Assembly (NCBI RefSeq): GCF_001194135.2
Contig: NC_068989.1
Span: 71,407,456 to 71,471,455 of the forward strand
DNA length: 64,000 bases
Direction of reading: 5' to 3'
Source of the DNA: Octopus bimaculoides
Lineage: Eukaryota
The notes under the pieces were generated by a model, which was not told the DNA's origin, searched no databases, and worked only from the letters and a program-made list of their open reading frames with translations. Of the stretch, positions 40,378 through 52,176 are shown in pieces; position 1 is the first letter of the stretch; every line of letters starts with the position of its first letter. Made by a program: the position numbers and the translations under genes.

Positions 40378-40435
40378 TAATTGTCCAACCTATGCTAGCA
40401 TGGAAGGCAGACATTAAACGATGAATAATGATAAT

Positions 40436-40517
<82 letters not shown>

Positions 40518-40535
40518 GTAATCATAATAATAATA
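40298..40535 (+). repeat. (TAA)n microsatellite interrupted by an RTE tail stub
   Basis: Two long TAA runs separated by 40380-40425. Confidence 0.95.
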
Positions 40536-40536
40536 C

Positions 40537-40910
40537 AAATGGACAAGAAATTAAAAGATCTTATTCAAATGGACAAGAAGTTAGAAAGTATTAGACCTGA
40601 CATAACGATTGTAGATAAGGAAAAGCAAAGCTGCTTACTTATCGACCCATCATGCTCGTTTGATTCCAGGATTGTGAAAAAAGAGGAAGAAAATTTTTAA
40701 AAAATACAATTCCTTAAAATTTGAAATAGGAAGAATTTGGAGCATGCAAACAGTAAAGGTTGTGCCTATAATAATTGGTGTATTGGGAACAATAAGCTAA
40801 GATATAGACAAATGGCTAAAGGAGATTGGAATTGAATGTCTGGTAGAGCTCCTACAGAAAGTGTGTCTCTTAGGGACAACAAGGATTATCAGGAGGGTTC
40901 TAAGCACTTG
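40537..40910 (+). mobile_element. R4/Dong-clade non-LTR retrotransposon 3' fragment (restriction-like endonuclease domain)
   Basis: RPDITIVDKEKQSCLLIDPSCSFDSRIVKKEEENF*KYNSLKFEIGRIWSMQTVKVVPIIIGVLGTIS*DIDKWLKEIGIECLVELLQKVCLLGTTRIIRRVLS; RPD..D..KE..KY..IG.LG motifs; directly follows (TAA)n. Confidence 0.85.
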
Positions 40911-40934
40911 TGGTGAAAACTTGTGGAAACCTAA

Positions 40935-41012
40935 GGTTACAAAATACAAAGATCTGGAAATAGAGCTAACTTGAATGTGGAGTCTAGAAACAATTCCTAT
41001 CATAGTAGGCGC
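40935..41012 (+). mobile_element. Second, divergent R4/Dong RLE fragment in tandem
   Basis: KVTKYKDLEIELT*MWSLETIPIIVGA repeats the KY..L.IE...MW...PIIVG motif with a different DNA sequence. Confidence 0.7.
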
Positions 41013-41794
41013 ATGGAACCATGTGGTTGGGAAGCATGTTTCTTACCACACAGCCACGCCTATGCTCCTTTGTTTACATCGACATAACTTAGCAGTTCAG
41101 CCAAAGAGACTAATAGAATAAGAACGAAACTTACAGAAATAAGCACTAACATCAATCTGTTTCTAAAACCTTGCAAGGCAGATGCCCTAGCATGGTTACA
41201 GTCCAATGATTAAAACAAATAAAAGAAAAAAAATATACACCATTGGGGATTTTTTTTTTTTCTGTAATAACAGATTGGAAATATTGACAGAAAAAGAAAG
41301 AAGGAAAAATAGGAATTTTTCGTTTGAGGAAACGAAGAACTGGAAAGCTCTTTTCTCTAACCAATAGAACTATGCGAAAATATTTGTCCAAATAAAGATA
41401 TAAACAAACAAATAGATATATAACAATAAATAAGTAAAAAAATAAATAACTACAAATGGAAATAAGAAAATAAAATGTGGTGCTTTTAGTCAAATGAATA
41501 CCAATTAAAATGATTAAAATGATTAGTGAAAGTTAGTTGTTTCATGAGTGATAAGTAATATAACGATGTTTTTTGGTTTTTATGTATGAAAGGAAAATGC
41601 TACTTAATAAAAAGCCATTTGAGAAAATGACATGCTTAAGCCAGTTCTTTGCATTTTTTTGTTTTCAGACTTAAGAACATGCTTTGGCAAAAGTTTTATA
41701 TATAAAAGTGTGTGTGTGTGTGTGTATGCACATTCATGTATGTATATATGCAATATATATATATATCATGTTTGTCTGTCTGTCTATCTATCTA

Positions 41795-41829
<35 letters not shown>

Positions 41830-42569
41830 NNNNNNNNNNNNNNNNNNNNNNNNNNNNNNNNNNNNNNNNNNNNNNNNNNNNNNNNNNNNNNNNNNNNNNN
41901 NNNNNNNNNNNNNNNNNNNNNNNNNNNNNNNNNNNNNNNNNNNNNNNNNNNNNNNNNNNNNNNNNNNNNNNNNNNNNNNNNNNNNNNNNNNNNNNNNNNN
42001 NNNNNNNNNNNNNNNNNNNNNNNNNNNNNNNNNNNNNNNNNNNNNNNNNNNNNNNNNNNNNNNNNNNNNNNNNNNNNNNNNNNNNNNNNNNNNNNNNNNN
42101 NNNNNNNNNNNNNNNNNNNNNNNNNNNNNNNNNNNNNNNNNNNNNNNNNNNNNNNNNNNNNNNNNNNNNNNNNNNNNNNNNNNNNNNNNNNNNNNNNNNN
42201 NNNNNNNNNNNNNNNNNNNNNNNNNNNNNNNNNNNNNNNNNNNNNNNNNNNNNNNNNNNNNNNNNNNNNNNNNNNNNNNNNNNNNNNNNNNNNNNNNNNN
42301 NNNNNNNNNNNNNNNNNNNNNNNNNNNNNNNNNNNNNNNNNNNNNNNNNNNNNNNNNNNNNNNNNNNNNNNNNNNNNNNNNNNNNNNNNNNNNNNNNNNN
42401 NNNNNNNNNNNNNNNNNNNNNNNNNNNNNNNNNNNNNNNNNNNNNNNNNNNNNNNNNNNNNNNNNNNNNNNNNNNNNNNNNNNNNNNNNNNNNNNNNNNN
42501 NNNNNNNNNNNNNNNNNNNNNNNNNNNNNNNNNNNNNNNNNNNNNNNNNNNNNNNNNNNNNNNNNNNNN

Positions 42570-42629
<60 letters not shown>

Positions 42630-43484
42630 GTGTATGCGTGTATTCACGCATGTGTGTATGTGTAAATTTAAACACATGTGACTGTTCTTCCACGCACAGA
42701 TATATAGGCATGCATATAATATACAGACACTTGTATAAACACAGATTTACTCATACATAGTTGCTCATATATGTTGTCTCACACATGCACACAATCACAA
42801 ACGTCTCCAGGCATACACACAAACACACTCATATATATTTGTTTGCATAACTATTTAGACAGTTGCTAACAACAACCTCCTCGAATGCATTAGACCTGTT
42901 TCTCTCTACACCTTTCTCTCTTTCTCTTTAATAATAATCAAAATGCCTCTTATAAAACTAGGTCCTTCAGCCCTATGAGACCCCTTTTGTCCTGTCTCGT
43001 AAAGGACACTTCAACCCTTCTAGTGCTGGTGCCATGAGAAAATTCATCTAGTACAGTCTGTAAAACCGGTTGGTGAGAGGAAAGGCATCCACCTGACTAA
43101 AATGACGTGTATGAGCACCTGTCAATGAGAGCAGTGGCATCTAACATAAAGTCAATCATACAGTAATGACACATACAACCCATGCTAGCAAGGGAAGTGG
43201 ATGTAAAATGATGACAATAATGATGATATATGTGTGTGTGTGCACATATGCATGTATATATATATAGGTATATATCAATACAATCTATAAGTGTGTGTGT
43301 ATGTGTACTTGTATGTGTGTATATATATACTGTATATTTATATATCTATGTATATATCTTATGACAGACCAGCGTCCCATCCAGGTGGGGAACCTATACA
43401 CCAATGAAATCAAGAAACTGGCCCTTATGAGCCAGACATGGCTCGAGAAGGAACAAACAACAACAACATGTATATATCTATATC

Positions 43485-43522
<38 letters not shown>

Positions 43523-43606
43523 TATATTCAAATGAATTTAGTACTTAAGTTGAGGCACCAGAATTTAGTACGGTATTATCCATACAATTTCAAAATAAGG
43601 TGATTA

Positions 43607-44007
43607 AAATCAAAATAAGCAACAAGGATATCCAGAGGTAATGCAGTACATTCATTTCAAGCAACTCTACTTAATTGAACAATGCAATCATTACATCAAT
43701 TTAAATGCAGAGCAATCCTCAGCTGCATAAAGACATAGAATTTAATTAAATTAAAACAGATGGACACATTTGTATAATTTTACCTAAAGCTTATAAGCTG
43801 AAGTGAAGTCTATCTACTTACCTTCTTGGAGGTTTTAGGTAAATGTCTACTAATGTGTCCATCTGTTTTAATTTAATTAAACTTTATACAGCTGAGGATT
43901 GCTCTGCATTTAAATTGATGTAATGATTGCATTGTTCAATTAAATGGAGTTGCTTGAAACGATCATACTGCATTACCTCTGGATACCCTTGTTGCTTATT
44001 TTGATTT
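43607..44007. mobile_element. Foldback / palindromic MITE-like element, ~180-bp arms and ~45-nt loop
   Basis: Left arm AAATCAAAATAAGCAACAAGG..TTTTACCTAAA is the near reverse complement of TTTAGGTAAA..CCTTGTTGCTTATTTTGATTT. Confidence 0.85.
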
Positions 44008-44345
44008 ATATATATATATATATCAATAGGACCTCCTTCAGTCATGAATGACCATGGGGTTGCACCTACAAAGTTCCTCTTCGAGGCACAAGTCCGGGCA
44101 AGGTTGTTTATGGAAGACTAGCAGTCACCCATACATACCAGCCTCCCCTCTCCATACTGTCAAAGTTATCTGATGGAAAGGCAAAGGCCGGTACAAATTA
44201 GGCACCAGTGATGTCACAACTGATTTCTACAGCAGAGTGAACCGGAGCAGCATGAAATAAAGTATCTTGCTCATGAACACAACACACAGCCTGATTCAGG
44301 AATTGAACTAACCATTGAGCCATGTGCCTTCATAAAAGTGTGAGA

Positions 44346-44464
44346 TGCTTACAACACCTAGGTTTCCCAAGCGGTCACCCATTTAAGTACTAACTAGGCT
44401 TGACGTTGCTTAACTTCAATGATCAGACAAGAACTGGTGCATTCAACATGATATGACCGTAACA
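44346..44464 (-). pseudogene. Full-length decayed 5S rRNA copy
   Basis: Minus strand reads GTTACGGTCATATCATGTTGAATGCACCAGTTCTTGTCTGATCATTGAAGTTAAGCAACGTCAAGCCTAGTTAGTACTTAAATGGGTGACCGCTTGGGAAACCTAGGTGTTGTAAGC; ~119 nt, matches metazoan 5S with many C>T/G>A changes. Confidence 0.85.
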
Positions 44465-45931
44465 CAAGAAACACACTTGTTTATATATAGTGCATAGAAT
44501 GTGTAAGATGATTGGTAAAAAATATCTCATCTGGAATAACAACCAGCCATAGGATACCCTTCATACTAAATGTAAAAAGCACTGTCAGATAAAAATTGAG
44601 ATGAAGTACTAAGTACCTTCAAGTAACACTCCCTAGAAGGACCACATGCTGCTCTCTAATCACTGAACTTCCTGTTGAGTGCATCAAGCAGAACATCATT
44701 TTGTTCCTTATGCAATATAGCCTGAAATGAACAGTTACCATTGGACAAAACTATTATTGTTATATTATTATTATATATATATATTATTGTTGTTGTTGTT
44801 GTTGTTGTTATTATTATTATTATTATTAAGGCGGCCAGCTGGAAGAGTTGTTACCACATTGGGCGAATTGCTTAGCGGTATTTTGTCTGCTGCTACATTC
44901 TGAGCTCAAAGGAGGAGGGAACATGCTGATACCTTTGTCCTGCAGTGGACTGAACATGGGCAATCAAATCCAATCCAGTCTAGGTGACAGGTAGGGCATC
45001 TGTCTGTAGAAAAACTCTACCCAGTGTATTATTGCCTGGCCCATGCAGGCACAGAAAAGTGATGATGATGATGATGATGATGATGAAAAGAAGAAGGTTT
45101 AAACTATTTATCAGTTAGCTGTAGTTTATTTTCAACTCCACAAGACACTGAGACAGGGCTCCATGTGGTCAATCAACGTGATAGAAATAGCTGAAAATTT
45201 TCCCTCAGATTACAACATTCTGTCTTAAAAAGTCAAATAACAGAAAGGGCACATTAAATAACATAGTCTTAGATAGACTATGCCTCTCAAATATAAACCA
45301 CACATGATTGCAGCTGGAATATCCTTGATCATACATCTTCGTGGTCAGAGCTGACCTGGAGAATAATATATTATTGGTATTTACTCTCTTGGCCCTCTAC
45401 GTAATGAAATCTCAATAGATGTACTAAAACTACTGTCTATTGCAACCAAATATATTCTGTTCTGTTTTACATCTTCTATCCATCAACTACCGCTGTTGTT
45501 GTGAGCCAACAATGTTTTGTACCTACTCAGGTTTCAATTTTACAGTCAACATTATCATGTTTCAGATAAGCACATGTATAGTTTTATACATATAGATGAT
45601 GATGATGATGATAATGGTGATGATATCATCATCATTTAACATCCGTTTTCCATGCTGTATAATTTTATGTATATGTATATAGAGTTTACTGCTTCATCTG
45701 TGAGCGAAAAATATCGTTCAATATACATGGTATTTAAATATCAGCTACTAGTAGTTCCATGCCATGGAAACACAATAATTCAGTAGATTTACATAACGTG
45801 CCTTGTGTCTCCAAATAATCTTTCAGGCTGAATATACATATGGGTGGTTCATTTGAAAAACAGGACACTGGTCTATGAGAAAACATGACAAGGAACAACA
45901 TACATATATATATATATATATATAACTATAT

Positions 45932-45964
<33 letters not shown>

Positions 45965-48046
45965 AATATATATATNNNNNNNNNNNNNNNNNNNNNNNNN
46001 NNNNNNNNNNNNNNNNNNNNNNNNNNNNNNNNNNNNNNNNNNNNNNNNTATATATATATATATAAGGCAATTAAGAAAATGGAGAGGATAATCAATTGAC
46101 AAACATCAGCCTGCAGACATTCATTTATATCTATTTATTAATTGATTACAATTATACGTATAAGTAATCAAAATACACCCAAAAAATAAGCAAATAAGCT
46201 GGATGCCTTTCCTAAAGCCGACCACCTTACAAAGTGGACTGAGTGTTTTTTTAGGTAGGAGGACTCAAAAGGGGTCTCAGGGAGTAGTGTCCCTGCCTTC
46301 CTGAGCTAGTTTACAACCACATTTCTTAAACATTGTGGTAGAGGCCTTAGTCTTGGGACCACTCATGTCTAGAAATCGAGGTTGAGAGTAAGCAAGAGCA
46401 TGCTCCTCATAGAAAATCCAGCTCCCAAAAAGCCTCATGATAGCAAGGTAGAACAGGCACCAGCCAGGCCAAAGGTTGAGGTGGGTTGCAGCTGCCTACC
46501 TCGGTTGCTATGGCATTGAGGTAGATCCAGCCACTCGTTAACGGGGACAGAACCTGGACTTAAAACACTGGATGATGATGACGATGAACAGGTTTTCTTT
46601 GGTTTTCATGTAACAAGTTCACTCACAAGGTTTTAGTCAACCTAAGCCTATAGTAGATGATACTTGTGCAAGGGATCATGCATTGGGAGTGACAGCAGAA
46701 CCATGTGAATTGGAAGCAATTTCTTACTTCACAGCCACAACTGTACCTACATATATGCATATATGTGTATGTATGTATGTATATATATATATATATGTAT
46801 ATATATAGTATAAGAGCAAATGTGTTGAGAGAAATTTGGGCATAAGAGGATTCAAATGCAGTATGCAAGAGAGAAGACTATGTCGGTTTGGACACATGAT
46901 GCCTATTTAGGAAGACAACCCTACTCTCTACTCATGCTTTTGGCAATGCCTTTCCACTTGCATTATGACCTGCATACCTTGAGGGAATGTCCTGGCATGT
47001 GTCACCATCTATCTCTCTTCATTTACTCTACTATTCCATTTATATTCTGATCCCCGTCCCTTGTGAATATATTCGATACTTTACAACCATCTCTCTCCTG
47101 CTCTCACTCTCTTGCACTCTTGCTGTCTCCCATTCTGTCTCTCTCTCTTTCCCTCTCCCTTTCCCTCTTCCCCTCTCTCTCTCTCTCTCTCTGACCAGGT
47201 AACTATGTACCTCTCCTACAGCAAGACACCTGTTTCTGTCTCTCTCTGTCACACTCTAATCTTTCATCATCTGACACAAGATCACATCCTCCAATGACCC
47301 TCCCCTCTCAAAGGATGTTTGTCTTGTTACTTACTTGATGACCCTGCCAGTGCTGGTGCCATGTAAAAAGCATCCAGTCCATACTGTGAAGTACTTGGCA
47401 TTTGGAAGGGCATCCAGTTGTAAAAACCATGCTAAAACTGACCTCGCTTGTGCTCATGCCATGTAAAAAGCACTCAGCCCACTCTACAGGATGGTTGGTG
47501 TTAGGAAGAGCATCCAGCCATAAAAACTGCAAAACAGACATGCAAGCCTGGTGCAGTCTTCTGCCTGGCCAAGCTCATGTCAAACCATCCAGCCCATGCA
47601 AGTATAGAAGGCGGACATTAAGCGTTGATGATGATGATCATCATGATATATAATCTATATGTTTTCTTTGGATGTGCATCAATGTTTCTAGTAAAAATAT
47701 GTACATGTATTATACAAACATACAATGCCATCATCAGCAGGCATAGAAAGGGTACTAGAGAAAGGTTACTGGCTTGATACATGCACACAATACATCAGGA
47801 ATGTGTGATTATGAAGTTCATTTGCAATGATAGTTTTGAGTTCAATCTCACCCTGCAGCATCTTGGGGAAAAAGTTTTCTATTATAACCTCAGGCTAACC
47901 CATACTTTGACAGTGCATGTGTGTGTGAGTTTGTGTATCTGTGTGTGTGTGTGTGTGTGTGTGTGCGTTTGTGCATGGATGTGTGTTAGTGTGTATGTGT
48001 GTGCATGTTTCTATACATCTGTAGATACAAATGTACACATACATCT

Positions 48047-48077
<31 letters not shown>

Positions 48078-49756
48078 CAAACACACAAACACACACACAC
48101 ACACACAAACATAAATATATCATCATCATCGTTTAACGTCCGCTTTCCATGCTAGCATGGGTTGGACGATTTGACTGAGGACTGGTGAAACTGGATGGCA
48201 ACACCAGGCTCCAATCTGATTTGCCCTTCCTGACGCCAAAAATATATATTATATCATATTATATATATAAGGATATAAATGCTAAGAGCATAATGGGTTT
48301 TAGGAGGTTATGAAGACAGCCAAGAGAGAGGGGGAGAGAATGAAAGAGAAATGTGAGAGATAAAAGAAAGTGAGAGAGAGAGAGAAAGTGTGTGTGTGTG
48401 TGTGTGTGTGTGCATGTGTGTCAAAAAAAAGGGACACAGAGTGATATTTAAAGATAGATAAATAAATAGTTAGATATACACATAGATACATATACAATGA
48501 GAGAAAGTGAGAGTGAGAGAGAGAGAGAAAAGGCCCCTCTGTCAAAGAGAAAGAGAGATACAGTGATGTTTAAAGATAAATAGATAAGAGCTAGAAATAT
48601 GAATAAACAGATAAATAGATACATACACACACATGTGCATGTGTGCATGAATACACACATATATATATATATATGGATATCATGATGATCACTATCACCA
48701 TCATTTAACGTGCNNNNNNNNNNNNNNNNNNNNNNNNNNNNNNNNNNNNNNNNNNNNNNNNNNNNNNNNNNNNNNNNNNNNNNNNNNNNNNNNNNNNNNN
48801 NNNNNNNNNNNNNNNNNNNNNNNNNNNNNNNNNNNNNNNNNNNNNNNNNNNNNNNNNNNNNNNNNNNNNNNNNNNNNNNNNNNNNNNNNNNNNNNNNNNN
48901 NNNNNNNNNNNNNNNNNNNNNNNNNNNNNNNNNNNNNNNNNNNNNNNNNNNNNNNNNNNNNNNNNNNNNNNNNNNNNNNNNNNATATATATGGAGAGAGG
49001 GGGGGGGGAGAAAGAGACAGAAAGAGTGCCTAATTGTCAAAGAGGGAGAGAGAGTGCTATTTAAAGATAGAAAGAAAGAAAATAGGATAGATACAAAGAT
49101 GGTTTGATATAGAGAGACAGACAGACAGACACACAAACACACACACACACACACACATACATGCATACATACATAGGAAGGGTGAGAGGGAGATAATGTC
49201 TAATGATTAAAGAGAAAGCACGACAGAGATTTATACATACACATATACGCATGCATATATGTGCTTATGCATGTGTGCATGTATGTGTGTGTGTGTGTGT
49301 GTGTGTCTCTGTGTGTGTACATTGTTTCTTCAGAGAGAGAGAGAGAGAGAGAGAGAAGGAGAGAGGTATGGAGGGAAAGAGAGAATGAAAGGTGGCAGTT
49401 ATTGGTTGTGAAAAAGGTAGTGTGAAGAAGGTTGATGTCATTCTGACATTTTAATAAGACAACAGTCATCACACTATATTACAGAATGGTTCCTTGTTCT
49501 GCTAGGATGCCAGAGGTTGTGGATAATGTGTAGGACATGCATGGCACAGGGGCAGGTTTTCAATGCAGTCTTATTTCAGATTTTTTTTTTTTTTTCCTTT
49601 TCCTCTTTTGACAGCCATACAAGTTCTTATTCAACTGCAGATCATCTCTGAAGAGAACCGCATGATCAAAGACATTCCAAATATGAACATCTTGTCAATA
49701 TTTTCCCACCCTTTTTAAGGACATTTTAAACATATCTTTTATATATATTTTTTATA

Positions 49757-49997
49757 TACAGGTTGGCCCAAAAGTAGGTTTACAAGTTATCGCAGAGGCA
49801 CTTTGAATTTCTTGTAAATCATTTTATTACATTTAAATTTCTATCTTACAAACTGAAAAGGGACCTTGACAGAATTAACTAAATTAGCATAGAATAATGG
49901 TTTCATATTTTTTTTATAATTAAGATCTAAACTGTTAATATATGAATGTGAAAGAAATAGTTCAATAACTGTAAACCAACTTTTGGGCCACCCTGTA
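49757..49997. mobile_element. Tc1/mariner-type MITE
   Basis: TA + CAGGTTGGCCCAAAAGTAGGTTTACA ... TGTAAACCAACTTTTGGGCCACCCTG + TA; 26-bp TIRs, 237 bp. Confidence 0.85.
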
Positions 49998-51320
49998 TAT
50001 ATATATATATTTTTTCTTTTACTCTTTTACCTGTTTCAGTCATTTGACTGCGGCCATGCTGGAGCACCGCCTTTAGTCAAGCAAATCGACCCCAGGACTT
50101 ATTCTTTGTAAGCCTAGTACTTATTCTATCAGTCACTTTTGCCAAACCACTAAGTTAGGGGATCATAAACACACCAACATTGGTGCAGGCTTCTACCTGG
50201 CTTTTGTCAAACCATCCCATCTATTCTGATGATGATGCAAGTTTTGTATTGCTGGTCTCAGTTAAGTTGGCATCTGAAGGTTAAGTTAACAAGCTTTGAT
50301 TTAGAAGTGTCTAGAGACTGCTAAGAAAGAACCACCATTATTTTTTAATTTATCTTTACTTCAATTTAATTACTAATAATGAGCACATTCAATCTAAAAT
50401 GGATGCATTGTTTAGGATGTCTTAAACTGTTGTATTTGTCCAGAGTTACCATCTTGTGTTGATATGTGTTAATTAAGCATTAAATATATTGGCTGATGAA
50501 ATGATCATCTGCACCAGTGGATCATCAGTGATAGCCAACTTTGCACCAAATGCCAGAACAAAGATCAATTGACCCTCACACTGAATGCCAGAACAAAGAT
50601 CAGTCGAACCAATCTAATATAATATTGGCAAAGCAGTCAGTGATGTCATGCAACAGCCAGCAGGCTATGAATAAATTAGCTACTAGTGATAGGAGTAGTG
50701 TTTATAATGAATTATAATTAGCACATCCACCCTAAATTGGATGTGTTGTTTGGAACACCTTAAACTGCTGTATACATTCAGAGATACCATCTTGTATTGA
50801 TGATACATGATAATTAAGCACCAAATATACCATCTGACAAAATGATCATCTAACGAAATGATCATCTAGCAAAATGTTCTTCTGACAAAATGACCATCTG
50901 ATGGAATGATTGTTTAATGCAAATGATCATCTGCAGTAATTTAATTATTACTTTAATTATAATTTGGAAAGTAAAAACAAACATTACACTACAGCAGTGC
51001 ATTAAACAGGTGCAATGATGAAGCTGCAACAGAAACTAAATGCATCTTGCATTGACACATTTAAAGCAGGAGGTTGGTACAGTATAGACTCAGACTTAGG
51101 TTTGTCATTATGCCTAGGATTCATAAAGTTGGAGCTTCACCCTGCTTCCATAGTGTAGAAGTCATTGAGGTTACAACGCTCCCCACTTTCCTGAATGGGA
51201 TGCCAGACTGTCATGGGATTAACTTCCCAGCTTTCACTGGAATTCATTTTTGCCAGCTTAGTGGACTGGAGCAAAGATGAAATGAAATATAATTCTAAGG
51301 CACTAAGGCAAATCATAAGA

Positions 51321-51362
51321 CACCTGAAGAAGGCTGGAGCACACAACAGCTGAAATGTACTG
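51321..51362 (+). ncRNA. Minimal type I hammerhead ribozyme motif, copy 1 (degenerate)
   Basis: CTGAAGA 51324-51330, stem II GGCTG/CAGCT, GAAA 51352-51355, then TG-TA-CTG (two-copy consensus CG-TA-GTG). Confidence 0.6.
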
Positions 51363-51608
51363 AAAGCAACAACCAAGATGAGGACACCAGTTCAACTGAT
51401 CTATGTATATATATAAAATTCCTAATCTCAGAAATATAGAATTGTATTATCCAATCAGTGAGGAGCCAACATAAGACATCAATGGTCAATGGAAGTTTAT
51501 AAGCCTTAATAATAAATTACTCTGTCACTGACTACGGGTTTAGCATAGTGGACAAAGGTCCTAGTTAATGCAGTGAAATCACCTAGAGGTTTGGAGTTTG
51601 ATCCCAGA

Positions 51609-51650
51609 CACCTGAAGAAGGCTGTAGTATACAACAGCTGAAACCTAGTG
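51609..51650 (+). ncRNA. Minimal type I hammerhead ribozyme motif, copy 2 (degenerate)
   Basis: Stem I CAC/GTG, CTGAAGA 51612-51618, stem II GGCTGT/ACAGCT, GAAA 51640-51643, CC-TA; predicted cleavage after 51647. Confidence 0.65.
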
Positions 51651-52139
51651 AAAACAACAAGCAAGATGAGGACACCATTCTGGCTAATACATAATATGAA
51701 ATGAAGCATTTTGCTCAAGAATAACATACTGTCTGGTCCAGGAATTGAAACCACAACCTTACAATCATGAGTGCGACACCCTAACCACTAGGCCATGCAC
51801 CTGCAATATAGTAGTAGTAGTAGCAGCAATAGTGTGAAGACTTGTGGTTTATTTGGCTCATGATTACAAGGTCATGAGTTCAATTCCCTATGACATGTTG
51901 TGTCCTTGAGCAAGACACTTTATTTCACATTGCATCAATCCATTCAGCTGGCAAATATGAGTGGTACCTGTATTTCCAAGGGGCCAGCTTTGTCACATTC
52001 TTTGTCATGTTGAATCTCCCCAAGAACTACATTAAGGGTACATGTGTCTGTGGGGTGCCCTGCCACTTGCACGTTAATTTCACAAGCAGGCTGTTCCATC
52101 GATCGGATCAACTGGAATTCTCATTGTAGTAGTAGTAGC

Positions 52140-52176
<37 letters not shown>

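Larger units (their letters stand above)
51287..51695 (+). mobile_element. Hammerhead-bearing tandem-unit insertion (retrozyme / Penelope-like or Sm-alpha-like non-autonomous element) inside a SINE
   Basis: Flanked by direct repeat ATGAAATGAA (51277-51286, 51696-51705) that duplicates a motif present once in related SINE copies; contains two ~72-bp direct repeats (51318-51389, 51606-51677), each with CAC-CTGAAGA-A-GGCTG..CAGCT-GAAA-NN-TA-(G/C)TG. Confidence 0.7.

Noticed and set aside
48172-48195. CTGAGGA-CTGGT-GAAAC hammerhead-like string
   Set aside because: No stem II or cleavage-site pairing; antisense of the RTE 3' UTR
49615-49715. Strong acceptor followed by IQVLIQLQIISEENRMIKDIPNMNILSIFSHPF*
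   Set aside because: The pyrimidine tract is a poly-T run; the peptide is unrecognisable and unsupported
50825-50940. CRISPR-like array
   Set aside because: 16-bp tandem units with no unique spacers in a eukaryotic context
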